From Chromatiales bacterium (lineage in GTDB: Bacteria > Pseudomonadota > Gammaproteobacteria > SZUA-152): DNA of 64,000 nt. The notes below the pieces were generated by a model. The model was not told the DNA's origin. It saw only the letters and a list, made by a program, of their open reading frames with translations, and ran no database searches. Below, piece after piece: positions 38,426 to 49,200 of the stretch (position 1 is its first letter; each line of letters starts with the position of its first letter). A program made the translations under genes and the position numbers. The stretch is from the NCBI GenBank assembly GCA_026982555.1, contig JALSGT010000062.1, positions 2,610 through 66,609 on the forward strand. Direction: 5' to 3'.

Positions 38426-40588
38426 ATGGATACAAGGAAAAAAATTATTATTGCGGGGATTTTAACGTCATCACTGGTGATCGCAGGCTGTAGCGATAAC
38501 GCATCCGACGATTCCTCTTCAAATTCAGAACCAGAACCAAAACCAGATGGTATTTACTCTCTTAACCTGACTGGAGGCCTGGGTGGTACCAATGGTGGGT
38601 CAGGTGGTGACGGTAACAATGTCAGCCTTTACAAGGCAGCAGGTACGGGAAGTGTCGAAGTGCTGGCCGACGGCGCCGCTGATGCCGGTTTTACCCGTAT
38701 TACCCCCGATGTCAACCTGGGGAGTAATCCGCTGGATATTACAACGGGTATTACCGTCGATGTTTTTGCGGAAGACGCGGATGAGCCCGCTGCGGGCACT
38801 CCCTATCTGATTGAGGATAACGGAAGACTGTTTGTATCGGACGGTAATACTGTTCTGGGTGACGAAGCCCCGGTAACGGGCATTAGCGTCGCCAGTGGCG
38901 TTACCTTGACCCTTGGTCTCAACGACACAACTTACGCCCGAATCAGTTTTGATAACGACGTGCTCAATTCCGGTGTCATAACCACGGCGGATATCGATGA
39001 GCTGCATCGTGGTGGTTTGCGCATTTATCCTGCATCGTATGTGGGACAGGCTGACAGCCGTATTGATACTGCCGGTACACAGGACAGTCAAAACGGTGGT
39101 GATGTGCTGATATCAGCTGATTATTCTGTATACAATCATGGCGCAGTTAACACAAGCGGATCAGATAGCGTCGATGACGATGCTGCTGCTGGCGGATATG
39201 TTGAACTCTATGCCGACTATCTCGTGCAAAACACCGGTGATATTGATAGCTCGGGTGGTGATGCCCCCAACGGTGAGGCAGGTCGTGGCGGGAATATTGA
39301 TCTGGCATCCGATTTTGGCAATATGTATAACAGCGGTCGTCTGGTCAATTATGGCGGTGATGGCCAGCTCGGCGGCGACGGCGGCCTGATTAATCTCTAT
39401 GCCGTTGGTGACATGCTGAACAGCGGTGATATCAATGCCCGGGGCGGTATCGGTGGCGCAGATGACGGCGGTAATGGTGCCAGCGTCGAGATGTACGCTT
39501 CCGGTCGCAAACTGGTGAACAGTGGTAACATTTTGGCCGCAGGTGGTAATACAACCGATGCTGATTCCGATGGTGGTGACGGTGGAGAGTTGTATGTTTA
39601 TGCAGAGTACGGCCCTGTTGACAGAGACGCACCCGCAGGTGGTCTTTTTGTTTCCGGCAATATTGATCTTTCCGGCGGCGACGCGGTAGCGACAGGTTAT
39701 GGTGACGGTGGTGTTGCCGGTTCCATTGATGTTCAGGTCTATGGCTCCAATTATCCTTCCGAAGTGGGCTTGGCCCTCCTGGGTTATACCGATATTGACA
39801 CCACAGGTGGTGATGCCAACTTTGGTGGTTCTGCCGGTGATGTGCTTATCTTCAACGATAGCGTGCAGGCCAATGCCGGTGTATACGTGCCGTCTGGCAA
39901 TGTCACCAACGAAGCCGACGTGACTGCTCGTGGCGGCAGTGTCGTGGCGGAGGCGGAAACAATACCGGCGGATGGTGGATCAGGTGGTAATTTCAGGCTG
40001 GAAACTGAAGATAAATATGGTTACATCAATCCTCAGCTGGAGATAACGACTAACAAAGGCAATATTGATGTGTCGGGTGGTAATGGTCTGGAATCAATGA
40101 TGAACGATATCAATCGTTCCGGCTCTGTCTGGCTTTGGGGTTACAACGGCGTCACCAATACCGGCAACATCACTGCAAATGGCGGCGCTGATCTGGGCAC
40201 CGACGGTGATGACACAGGCTACGGTGGTTATGCCAATGATATTGAAATGTATGCAGAGCTAGGCCAGGCCAGCAACAGCGGCAGCATTACGAATAATGGT
40301 GGTGCTGGTGAATACCGGGGTGGTCGTTCAGATGGTTTTAAACTGTATGGAATCACAGTCAGCAATAGTGGTGTGATCAGCTCGAATGGTGGTAATGCAG
40401 ATGCAAGTCTGGAGGGTTCTATCGGTGGCTCCGGTGGCTGGGTTGAGTTTTTCTCGCCGGGTGGTGTTGCCGGTGTGACTCATTCAGGCTCCGTAAGCCA
40501 CACTGCCGGTACGGGTGAAACCGCTAACGATGGTGGTGCCTTTATTCGCGGTGGCATGTGTGTCAGTGGTGATTGTAAGCCTCAGTAA
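38426..40588 (+). CDS. Gly/Asp-rich repeat lipoprotein (predicted surface or periplasmic beta-solenoid-like protein), unknown family
   Basis: Lipoprotein signal MDTRKKIIIAGILTSSLVIAG|C with Ser at +2, then an S/D/P-rich linker. Ten or more degenerate units of the form N(S/T)G-x-I-x3-GG-x(4-10)-GG-x-GG-x-(I/V)-x-(L/M)-Y-A follow. The C-terminus is CVSGDCKPQ. Confidence 0.7.
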   Translation: MDTRKKIIIAGILTSSLVIAGCSDNASDDSSSNSEPEPKPDGIYSLNLTGGLGGTNGGSGGDGNNVSLYKAAGTGSVEVLADGAADAGFTRITPDVNLGSNPLDITTGITVDVFAEDADEPAAGTPYLIEDNGRLFVSDGNTVLGDEAPVTGISVASGVTLTLGLNDTTYARISFDNDVLNSGVITTADIDELHRGGLRIYPASYVGQADSRIDTAGTQDSQNGGDVLISADYSVYNHGAVNTSGSDSVDDDAAAGGYVELYADYLVQNTGDIDSSGGDAPNGEAGRGGNIDLASDFGNMYNSGRLVNYGGDGQLGGDGGLINLYAVGDMLNSGDINARGGIGGADDGGNGASVEMYASGRKLVNSGNILAAGGNTTDADSDGGDGGELYVYAEYGPVDRDAPAGGLFVSGNIDLSGGDAVATGYGDGGVAGSIDVQVYGSNYPSEVGLALLGYTDIDTTGGDANFGGSAGDVLIFNDSVQANAGVYVPSGNVTNEADVTARGGSVVAEAETIPADGGSGGNFRLETEDKYGYINPQLEITTNKGNIDVSGGNGLESMMNDINRSGSVWLWGYNGVTNTGNITANGGADLGTDGDDTGYGGYANDIEMYAELGQASNSGSITNNGGAGEYRGGRSDGFKLYGITVSNSGVISSNGGNADASLEGSIGGSGGWVEFFSPGGVAGVTHSGSVSHTAGTGETANDGGAFIRGGMCVSGDCKPQ

Positions 40589-40610
40589 TCAGGTTTTGAA
40601 CGAGGTATCG

Positions 40611-40642
40611 GCGTGGCGGGATTTTCCCGCCACGCTTTTTTT
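40611..40642 (+). terminator. Rho-independent terminator after the lipoprotein gene
   Basis: gcgtggcggg-attttc-ccgccacgc (perfect 9-10 bp GC-rich stem) followed by T7, 23 nt after the stop. Confidence 0.85.
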
Positions 40643-40668
40643 AACTCTGAAATAATGGATGGTATGAA

Positions 40669-41430
40669 ATGGCTTCTTCTTACAGGCTGCTTTGCCAAAT
40701 ATTGTTTACCAGTATTGTTCTTTTTATGAGCAGCCAGCTTTGGGCTGAGTCACCTCATGTTTCTTATGATAAATCAACAGATACGATTTCTATCGTGGCA
40801 ACGGATGCATCGTACAAAGCAATAATGGCACGTATTGCGACGCTGAGCGGTGTTGAAATTCTTATGGACCCCAAAGCTGAACATAATATTACTATCGAGG
40901 TGAGTGATTTGCCTCTCGAAACGGCGCTGAAGCAACTGAGCCGTCAAACCAGTTTTGTGCTTATTCATGATATTCCTGAAACGGATGTGAATGAATCCCA
41001 GGAGAAATCAGTTCAGCCTGTACTGGTTCGTATGCGCATACTGCCGGAAGGTGAGTTTACTACGGATGCGATATACCCTGTTTTGGCCCCTGGGGGTGAA
41101 GCTTTTATTCGAGAAAAAAATCGTTACTTAGCACCTGCCCAGCAGGTTGACATTTTTAATCATGCCCAAAGGCGTTGGGAAGCCCGGCTGAAAGCAATGT
41201 CGCCGGAAAAACGGGAAAAACTTCTGGATATCGCACAAGAAAAACGTGAACAAATGGCCCAGAATCGTGCTGAACAGGCGCAAAGAAAAAAAGAACTTGC
41301 AGAAAAGCGCGAAGCTTATAAAAAACGACGTGATGCCCGGCTTGAGGAATTAAAATTAATGGACCCGGAACGATATGAACTCCGAATGAAACGGCGAATG
41401 GAAAGGCAGCAGGGCGTTAACAGCGAGTAA
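40669..41430 (+). CDS. Secreted protein with an STN/secretin-N-like module and a K/R/E-rich coiled-coil tail
   Basis: Sec signal MASSYRLLCQILFTSIVLFMSSQLWA|ES. ISIVATDASYKAIMARIATLSGVEILMDPKAEHNITIEVSDLPLETALKQLSR follows the STN pattern. C-terminal RRWEARLKAMSPEKREKLLDIAQEKREQMAQNRAEQAQRKKELAEKREAYKKRRDARLEEL. Confidence 0.6.
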   Translation: MASSYRLLCQILFTSIVLFMSSQLWAESPHVSYDKSTDTISIVATDASYKAIMARIATLSGVEILMDPKAEHNITIEVSDLPLETALKQLSRQTSFVLIHDIPETDVNESQEKSVQPVLVRMRILPEGEFTTDAIYPVLAPGGEAFIREKNRYLAPAQQVDIFNHAQRRWEARLKAMSPEKREKLLDIAQEKREQMAQNRAEQAQRKKELAEKREAYKKRRDARLEELKLMDPERYELRMKRRMERQQGVNSE

Positions 41431-41702
41431 AAATATCACTGACATCTGATCTGGCACGACGTTGTGAGCGCGATTATATTGAATCGGTTTTGGTGGAGCG
41501 GTGAGTGATTTTGTGCCATACAGCCGGGTCAGAATGAAATAAATTAAGTGGTATCACAAAAAAATAGTGGGTGACTTAACGCTGATAATAAGGCAGATTA
41601 CCCGTTTTGAGGGTAGTGTTTGGGCAAGGGAAGCGCCTAATATCGTTGTGCTGAGAAAATTATTTCCAGCTTTCCCTGAAATTAGCGACAAGGAAACACA
41701 AA

Positions 41703-42914
41703 ATGCCAGAAAATGATCGTCCGCCCTATATGCCAGATGTCGGTATCACGGCTGTTGTGCCTGATGAGTGGGGTGGTCCCTGGGAGTCTCGTCATCAGGT
41801 TTTAACCCGGCTGGCAAAGTATTTTAATGTTGTGTGGGTAAACCCCGTGGAATGGTGGAATGAATCATGGTTTGGGGCTCGCAGTGACAGATTTTTGTCT
41901 TCTCGAACTCAGGATTTACCGCATGGGTTTTCAGTTTTTGACAGAAGTTATTTTTTCCCCGGTTTTGGAAAGCCATGGATTGACTATGCCAGTGAATACA
42001 GCCGTCTTGCCATCGCAAGGAATACATTGCGAAAGCGAGGCAGCAAAGCGCACGTACTTTACCTTTGGAGAGATTCATTTTTCTCCGCGATGGATCGGGG
42101 AAGGTATGATGCAAGCTGTTATCACATTGATGACGAGTATACTTTTTCGGATGTTGATATTCCTAATTCCCCCAGAGAGGAAAACCTGATTAAAAGAGTT
42201 GATCAGGTTTTTATTTCTTCTCCTGCCCTGATGGCTAAAAAAGGGCATTTAAATTCACAGACTGCCCGCATTCCTAATGGGGTAAATGTTCGTGAATATA
42301 TCATCCCCAAGGATGAGCCCGAAGATATGGTGGGTATTCCCCACCCGCGAATCGGTTACGTTGGTATTATCAAACGGCAGTTGAATGTTGATTTGTTACT
42401 TGAAGTGGCAGTACGACACCCCGAATATTCTTTTGTGTTTGTTGGTCCAAAACGGCCTGACCTGCAAGATGATGGAAAAAAGTGGGAAAAGCTTGAGTCG
42501 CTTTCCAATACATATTTCGTTGGAGGAAAGCCGGTTTTTGAGCTTCCCGCCTATACGCAGCATATGGATGTTTGCATGTTGTGTTATACCCTTAACGACT
42601 ACACGAAGTATATCTATCCGTTAAAGCTGCATGAATACCTTGCTGCCGGCAAGCCTATTGTGGGTGTCCCGCTGGAGTCTTTAAAAGGGTTCGCTGAATA
42701 TATCCATTTTGCCGTTACCGTTGATGAATGGGAAGCTGGAATTCAGTTGGCTTTGAATGATGCGTCACGATCAGATGAAAGGGTGGAGGCACGAAAAAAT
42801 GTTGCGCGTGAGCATGACTGGGATGTGTTGACGTATAAAATTGCGCATAAAATCTGCGAACGTCTTGGCCCAGACTATGTAGCACGGTTACCGGAAGAAA
42901 CAAAAATAGAATAA
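41703..42914 (+). CDS. GT-B glycosyltransferase (distant paralogue of 15725..16915)
   Basis: It shares sequence blocks with the EPS-locus gene (see that feature) and lies between two secreted-protein genes. Confidence 0.7.
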   Translation: MPENDRPPYMPDVGITAVVPDEWGGPWESRHQVLTRLAKYFNVVWVNPVEWWNESWFGARSDRFLSSRTQDLPHGFSVFDRSYFFPGFGKPWIDYASEYSRLAIARNTLRKRGSKAHVLYLWRDSFFSAMDRGRYDASCYHIDDEYTFSDVDIPNSPREENLIKRVDQVFISSPALMAKKGHLNSQTARIPNGVNVREYIIPKDEPEDMVGIPHPRIGYVGIIKRQLNVDLLLEVAVRHPEYSFVFVGPKRPDLQDDGKKWEKLESLSNTYFVGGKPVFELPAYTQHMDVCMLCYTLNDYTKYIYPLKLHEYLAAGKPIVGVPLESLKGFAEYIHFAVTVDEWEAGIQLALNDASRSDERVEARKNVAREHDWDVLTYKIAHKICERLGPDYVARLPEETKIE

Positions 42915-43280
42915 TTGGAATCGCAAAAATTGCGAACCAATGAATACAATCCCTCCACAACATGCACGTTGTATTTGTGTACCTCTTGGCGAATTAATAT
43001 TTCGGGCCGTCGGTTTTTTTTACACCTTTCGCATGTTTGCCATGGATGACGGTCATAATTGGCTGAATTATAAGTAAAAAAAATAGATGGTACACAATGT
43101 GCTTGGAACCATAGCATTGCAGTATGTAATGGCAACGTTATATGCAGTCGGCGTTTTATGCTCCCATTGGTTCGGATGCTCAAGTAGGAGACAGGGAATT
43201 GTTTGGATGTTGGGCACCAGTTGGCTTTGAATCGGTGGGAAAGTTGTTTACGGATTTGAAGTGCTTACAGGTGATTTGTT

Positions 43281-46200
43281 ATGGTGGTAAGGCTAGATAG
43301 AAGTAGACTGTATTGCGGTGCGATTGTCGCACTGTTCTTATTGATCAGCGTGAGCACAGCACAGGCAATGTCATTTACATCAGATGATTTTAGTTCCTCT
43401 TCTCTGGACGCATCATTGTGGACCGTAGTTGATCCCCGTGGTGACAGTACACTCCAGTTAAACGGTACCCAGTTAACTATTTCCGTACCCGATGGCCTGA
43501 GCCATGATCTCTGGGAAACCGATCAGAATGCTGTTCGTGTTTTGCAGAATATTGACGATACCGATTTTGAGATTGAAATAAAGTTTGAATCGAACCTGAG
43601 CCAACGATTTCAGGTTCAGGGGTTATTTGTTGAGCAGGATGATCAAAATTTTCTGCGGTTCGATTTTTATTATGATGGTGCTGTTCTTCGTGTTTTTGCG
43701 GCGAGTTTCATTGCTGGAATCCCTACGATTCAACATGAGGCAATCATTACAAATGGCTCGCCGCTATACCTGCGCGTTCAACGGGCAGGGGACCAGTGGA
43801 CGCAGTTTTATTCCTATGATGGTACTAACTGGAATCAGGGCGCGGCATTTTCACACCCGTTGCTTGTCACAAGAGCTGGTCCCTTTGCGGGTAACGCTGG
43901 CAGCCCCGCTCCCGCGTTTACCGCAGTGGTTGATTATGCTTTCAATACCGCGTCCCCGATTATTTTTGAAGATGCAAACGATCCTCTCGATACTATGCCT
44001 CCGTCTATTTCAGATATTGCGATACAGGAAGGCCCGACGCGGGCCCGGGTAAGCTGGTCAACGGATGAGCCGACAATAGGGGCGGTTGAGTATGGCACAA
44101 CGGCCAGCTTTGAGCTTGGGCAGGTTGCCACCGTATCAGGCGGCCAGCAATTTGATGTTTTGCTCGATAATCTCTTACCGGACACAACTTACTATTTCCG
44201 GATTACATCGGAGGATGCCAATGGCAATACCCGGCAGTCAGAGGCATCGCAGTTTGTGACCGCAACTGATGCAGTGCCGCCTGGCCCTTTGATAGACGTA
44301 TGGTATGGTCCAAATCAGCGATTTGGGAATCTGGGTACGCCTCAGCGCTGGGTCAATATTGTGGGTAAAGTGACAGATCCAAATGGCGTGAAATCCCTGT
44401 CCTATCGCGTCAACGGTCAACCTGCCCGACAGCTTTCAATGGGGCCTGATGAAAATCGTTTACATTCTTTAGGCGATTTCAATGCTGAAATCAATGCAGT
44501 TGGGCCGGATGCCGAGTTGAATGTCGGTTTGAATACTGTTGAAATTACGGCGGTGGATAATCTCGATTATTCCACCGTTGAAGTTGTTACTGTGGAATTC
44601 AGCAATAATACTGTTTGGTCACTGCCATATGCTGTCGATTGGTCAAGTGTTACGCAGCCCTGGGATGCGGTTCAAATTGTCGATGGGCTTTGGGATATAC
44701 AAGGTTCTGAAGCCCGGCCTTTGGAACTGGGCTACGACAGGCTGATTGCCATTGGTGATATGTCCTGGACGGATTATGAAATTACCGTGCCGTTTACTGT
44801 GCATGGACTTGAGCCGGGTTATGTTTACGCTGGCCCCTCATTCAGTCCGGGAATCGGTGTTTTATTACGGTGGAGCGGACACTTTGACTGGAATGGCGCG
44901 CAACCTAATACGGGCTGGTGGTCATTTGGCGGGTTTGGGTGGTATCGCTGGAGACAGCCATCTGCGGGTGGTGAGCGTTTTCAAATCATGGGCAATGATG
45001 GCAGTATCATTGCGGATCGCGCTGAATCAAATTTCCCGTTCGGTGTTCCTCATGTTCTCAAGATGAGAGTAGAAACGCCGCCTAACGAAGGCAGCATATA
45101 CAGTCTCAAGATGTGGGAGCAGGCGCAACCTGAGCCGGCGGGATGGGATCTTGTCTCCCAGGAATTACCCACAGACCCTCAAAGCGGTTCACTGCTTCTG
45201 GTTGCACATCATGTTGACGCAACCTTTGGTAATGTCACGATTGTTCCCGCAGGAGATACGACAGGGCCCACGAACAGCAATATTCAGGTGACCAGCTCAG
45301 AAACAGTGGCGACCATTAGTTGGGTGACGAATGAGCCAGCAGCGGTGTCTCTGGCGTATGGTGTTACCAGTAATTATGAATTGGGAACGGTCTCCGACCC
45401 TGCTCTGAATACCAGCCACTCCGTCGAGCTTACCGGGTTAAGCTCTGCTACCGCCTACCAATTCCAGCTGACGGCGACGGATGAAACCGGGAACAGCAGC
45501 AGTTCCGTGAACAGGATTTTTGCCACTTCGGGCGTGATTCCACCTGGCCCGCAATCGGATTATTTTAATGCCGCGACACTGGATGCCCGCTGGACCACAG
45601 TAGACCCGCTGAATGATAACAATGTCACACTGACCGGCACCCAGGTTGCACTGAATATTGTTGGTGGCCCATCGCATGATGTGTGGGCCTCAGGCAACGA
45701 TACCTTGCGTTTGATGCAAGATGTCCTGGACCAGGATTTTATGGCGGAAGTGAAATTTGACTCTCTGCCAACTCAGCAGTATCAGATACAAGGGATACTG
45801 GTTGAGCAGGACAATGATAATTTCCTGCGCTTTGATTATTTTAGTGATGGAACAGACCTGCGGATATTTTCGGCCAGCTTTGTCAACGGGGTACCGACGG
45901 TGCGAGTGGACGATGTTGTATCATTAAGTGCGCCGATGTATCTGCGTGTAGTACGAGTGAGTGACACCTGGATATTGTTGTACAGCGGGGATGGCGTGAG
46001 CTGGACAGCGGCGGGAAGTTATATGCATAGCTTGCAGATGAATACCATGGGTATATTTGCTGGCAATGCACAGGCAGGTAATGCACCTGCCTATACTGCA
46101 CTGGTGGATTATTTTTTGACGGATGTTGAAGCACCGATTCCGGATACCACCCCGCCACTGATTGATAATATTGTGGTGGACAGTGCGGGTGAAGAAGCAA

Positions 46201-49200
46201 CACTGAGCTGGATAACGGATGAACCTGCTGACAGTCAGGTTATGTACGGCACGGCACCCGGGACGTATGAACTGGGTACCGTATCGAGCGCGACACTGAC
46301 ACAGAACCACAGTATTACCCTGACGGGACTGACTCTCGGCACTGTGTATTACTACCAGGTGAGTAGCAGTGATGCGGACAACAATACTGGTAGCAGCGTT
46401 GATCTTAATTTCCTTGCGGAAGATCTGACAGCACCGACAATCAGCGATGTTCAAATTGTGAGAGTGGATAGCAGTGCGACCATCAGTTGGGTCACCAATG
46501 AACCTGCCGACAGTATGCTCGACTATGGCGAGACCACTGCCTATGAGCTGGGTACGGTTTCGAGTGCTGCAGGTACCAGTCACTCTGTTGTGCTTAACGG
46601 ATTGACGCCAGGTGTCATGTATTATTTCCAGCTTACGGCGACCGATAGCAGCAATAACAGCGGCAGTTTATCGAATCAGGCATTTTTAATGTTTGGGCCA
46701 CAATCAGATGACTTTAATGCCGCAACACTGGATGCCCGCTGGATCACGGTAGACCCGCTGGGTGATAACAGTGTTGCATTGACGGGCAGTCAGCTTGAGT
46801 TGAATGTTACCGGCGGTCAGCCGCACGATGTGTGGACTTCGGGCAACGATGCCTTGCGTTTAATGCAAACAGTGGTAGATCAGGACTTTGTGGTGGAAGT
46901 AAAGTTTGATTCTCTGCCAACTCAGCGATATCAGATACAAGGCATTCTGGTTGAGCAGGACAATGGTAATTTCCTGCGTTTTGATTATCTGAGTGATGGC
47001 ACGGACCTGCGGATATTTTCGGCCAGTTTTGCCAATGGAGTGCCGACAGCGCAAATAAATAATATTGTGTCGTTGGGTGTACCTCTGTATTTACGTGTGG
47101 AACGAGTGAGTGATACCTGGACACTGTCTCACAGTGAGGATGGTGCGAACTGGACAGTGGCTGGAAGCTATGTACACAGTCTGCAAGTGAATACTATCGG
47201 TGTGTTTGCGGGTAACACTGGCGGGAGTGGTTCCCCGGCCTACACCGCACTGGTGGACTCTTTTGTGACGAATGCGGTGGTACCTGTCCCGGATACGACT
47301 GCGCCACTGATTGATAATGTTATGGTGGATCGTGCGGGTGAGGAAGCAACGTTGAGCTGGACAACGGATGAACCTGCTGACAGTCAGGTCATGTATGGCA
47401 CGGCACCGGGGACATATGAACTGGGTACCGTATCGAGTGCGGCGTTAACACAAAACCATAGCATTACCTTGACGGGGCTGATCCCCGGCACCGTGTATTA
47501 CTACCAGCTGAGCAGTCGTGATGCGAACAACAACACCGGCAGCAGTGCCGATCTTAATTTCCTGGCGGAAGACCTGGTGCCGCCGACGATCAGTGATGTT
47601 CAGGTTACGAGAGCTGACAGCAGTGCAACCATCAGCTGGATCACAAACGAACCCGCCAGTAGTGTGCTTGAGTATGGCGAGACTAATGCCTACGAGCTGG
47701 GCTCAGTTTCGAGTGGCAGCACAGGTACCAGTCACTCTGTTGTGCTGAGTGGGTTAACGTCTGATGTTATGTATTATTTCCAGCTCACGGCGACTGATGG
47801 CAACAATAATAGCAACAGTCTGTCGAATCAGACATTTATGATGTCCGGGGTACAATCGGATGACTTTAACACGACGATATTGGATTCCCGCTGGACCACG
47901 ATAGACCCGCTGGGCGATAACAGTGTTGCATTAACGGGCAGTCAGCTTGAGCTGAGTGTCGCGGGTGGTCAGCCGCATGATGTGTGGATCTCGGGCAACA
48001 ATGCTTTGCGTTTAATGCAAACCGTGGTGGACCAGGATTTTGTGGCGGAAGTGAAGTTTGATTCTCTGCCGACCCAGCGATATCAGATACAAGGCATTCT
48101 GGTTGAGCAGGACAATGGTAATTTCCTGCGCTTTGATTATATTAGTGACGGCACGGACCTGCGGATATTTTCGGCCAGCTTTGTTGATGGTGTACCTACG
48201 TCACGGGTTTACGATGTTGTGTCACCGGGTCTGCCACTGTATTTACGTGTGGAGCGGGTGGGGGACACCTGGACGCTGTCGTATAGCGGGGACGCTGTGA
48301 ACTGGACGATAGCTGTCAGTTATGTACACAGCCTGCAAGTGAATGCCATCGGCGTGTTTGCAGGTAACACCGGAGGGAGTGGTTCTCCTGCTTACACGGC
48401 ACTGGTGGATTATTTTCTTACGAATGCCACAGCCTTTGTTCTGGATACGATTCCACCAGTGATCGGCGATATTATGGTGGACAGTGTGGGCGAAGAAGCA
48501 ACACTGAGCTGGACAACGAATGAACCGGCAAACAGTCAGGTCATGTACGGCACGGCACCGGGGACATATGAACTGGGTACCGTATCAAGTGCGGCGTTAA
48601 CACAAAATCACAGCATTACCCTGACGGGACTGACCCCCGGTACCGTGTATTACTACCAGCTGAGCAGCAGTGATGCAGACAACAACACCGGTAGTAGTGC
48701 CGATCTTAATTTCCTTGTGGAAGACCTGACGGCACCGGTGATCAGTAATGTTCAAGTCGTGAGAACGGCGGCCAGTGTGACCATCAGCTGGGTCACCAAT
48801 GAATCCGCCAGTAGTGTGCTTGAGTATGGCGAGACTAATGCCTACGAGCTGGGCTCAGTTTCGAGTGGCAGCACAGGCACCAGTCACTCTGTTGTACTGA
48901 GTGGGCTAACGCCTGACGTTGTGTACTATTTACAGATCACGGCAACTGACAACAGCAATAACAGCAGTTTAGTGAATCAGACGTTTTTAATATCGGACTC
49001 ACAATCGGATGATTTTAACACCACAATATTGGATGCCCGCTGGACCGTGGTGGATCCGCTGGGTGATGGCAGTGTTGGTCTGACGGGCAGCCAGCTTGAA
49101 CTGAATGTCCCCGGTGGTCAGTCTCACGATGCATGGACCGCAGGTAACGATACATTACGTTTAATGCAAAATGTCGAGGACCAGGATTTTGTGGCGGAAG

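Noticed and set aside
40654-40728. An alternative frame at the start of the 40.7-kb gene that reads MDGMKWLLLTGC, a perfect-looking lipobox.
   Set aside because: That frame terminates after 24 codons. The long frame starting at 40669 has its own good Sec signal ending in LWA|ES. I treat the lipobox as coincidental unless there is a sequencing frameshift.
41452-41466. Sigma-54-like matches: TGGCACgacgTTGT at 41452, TGGAAC-N7-TTGC at 43104..43120, and TGGAACgttagCTTGA near 38368.
   Set aside because: In each case the GG-to-GC spacing is off by 1-2 nt from the TGGCAC-N5-TTGC consensus, or the -12 GC is missing. PEP-CTERM loci are often sigma-54 regulated, but I cannot support these sites.
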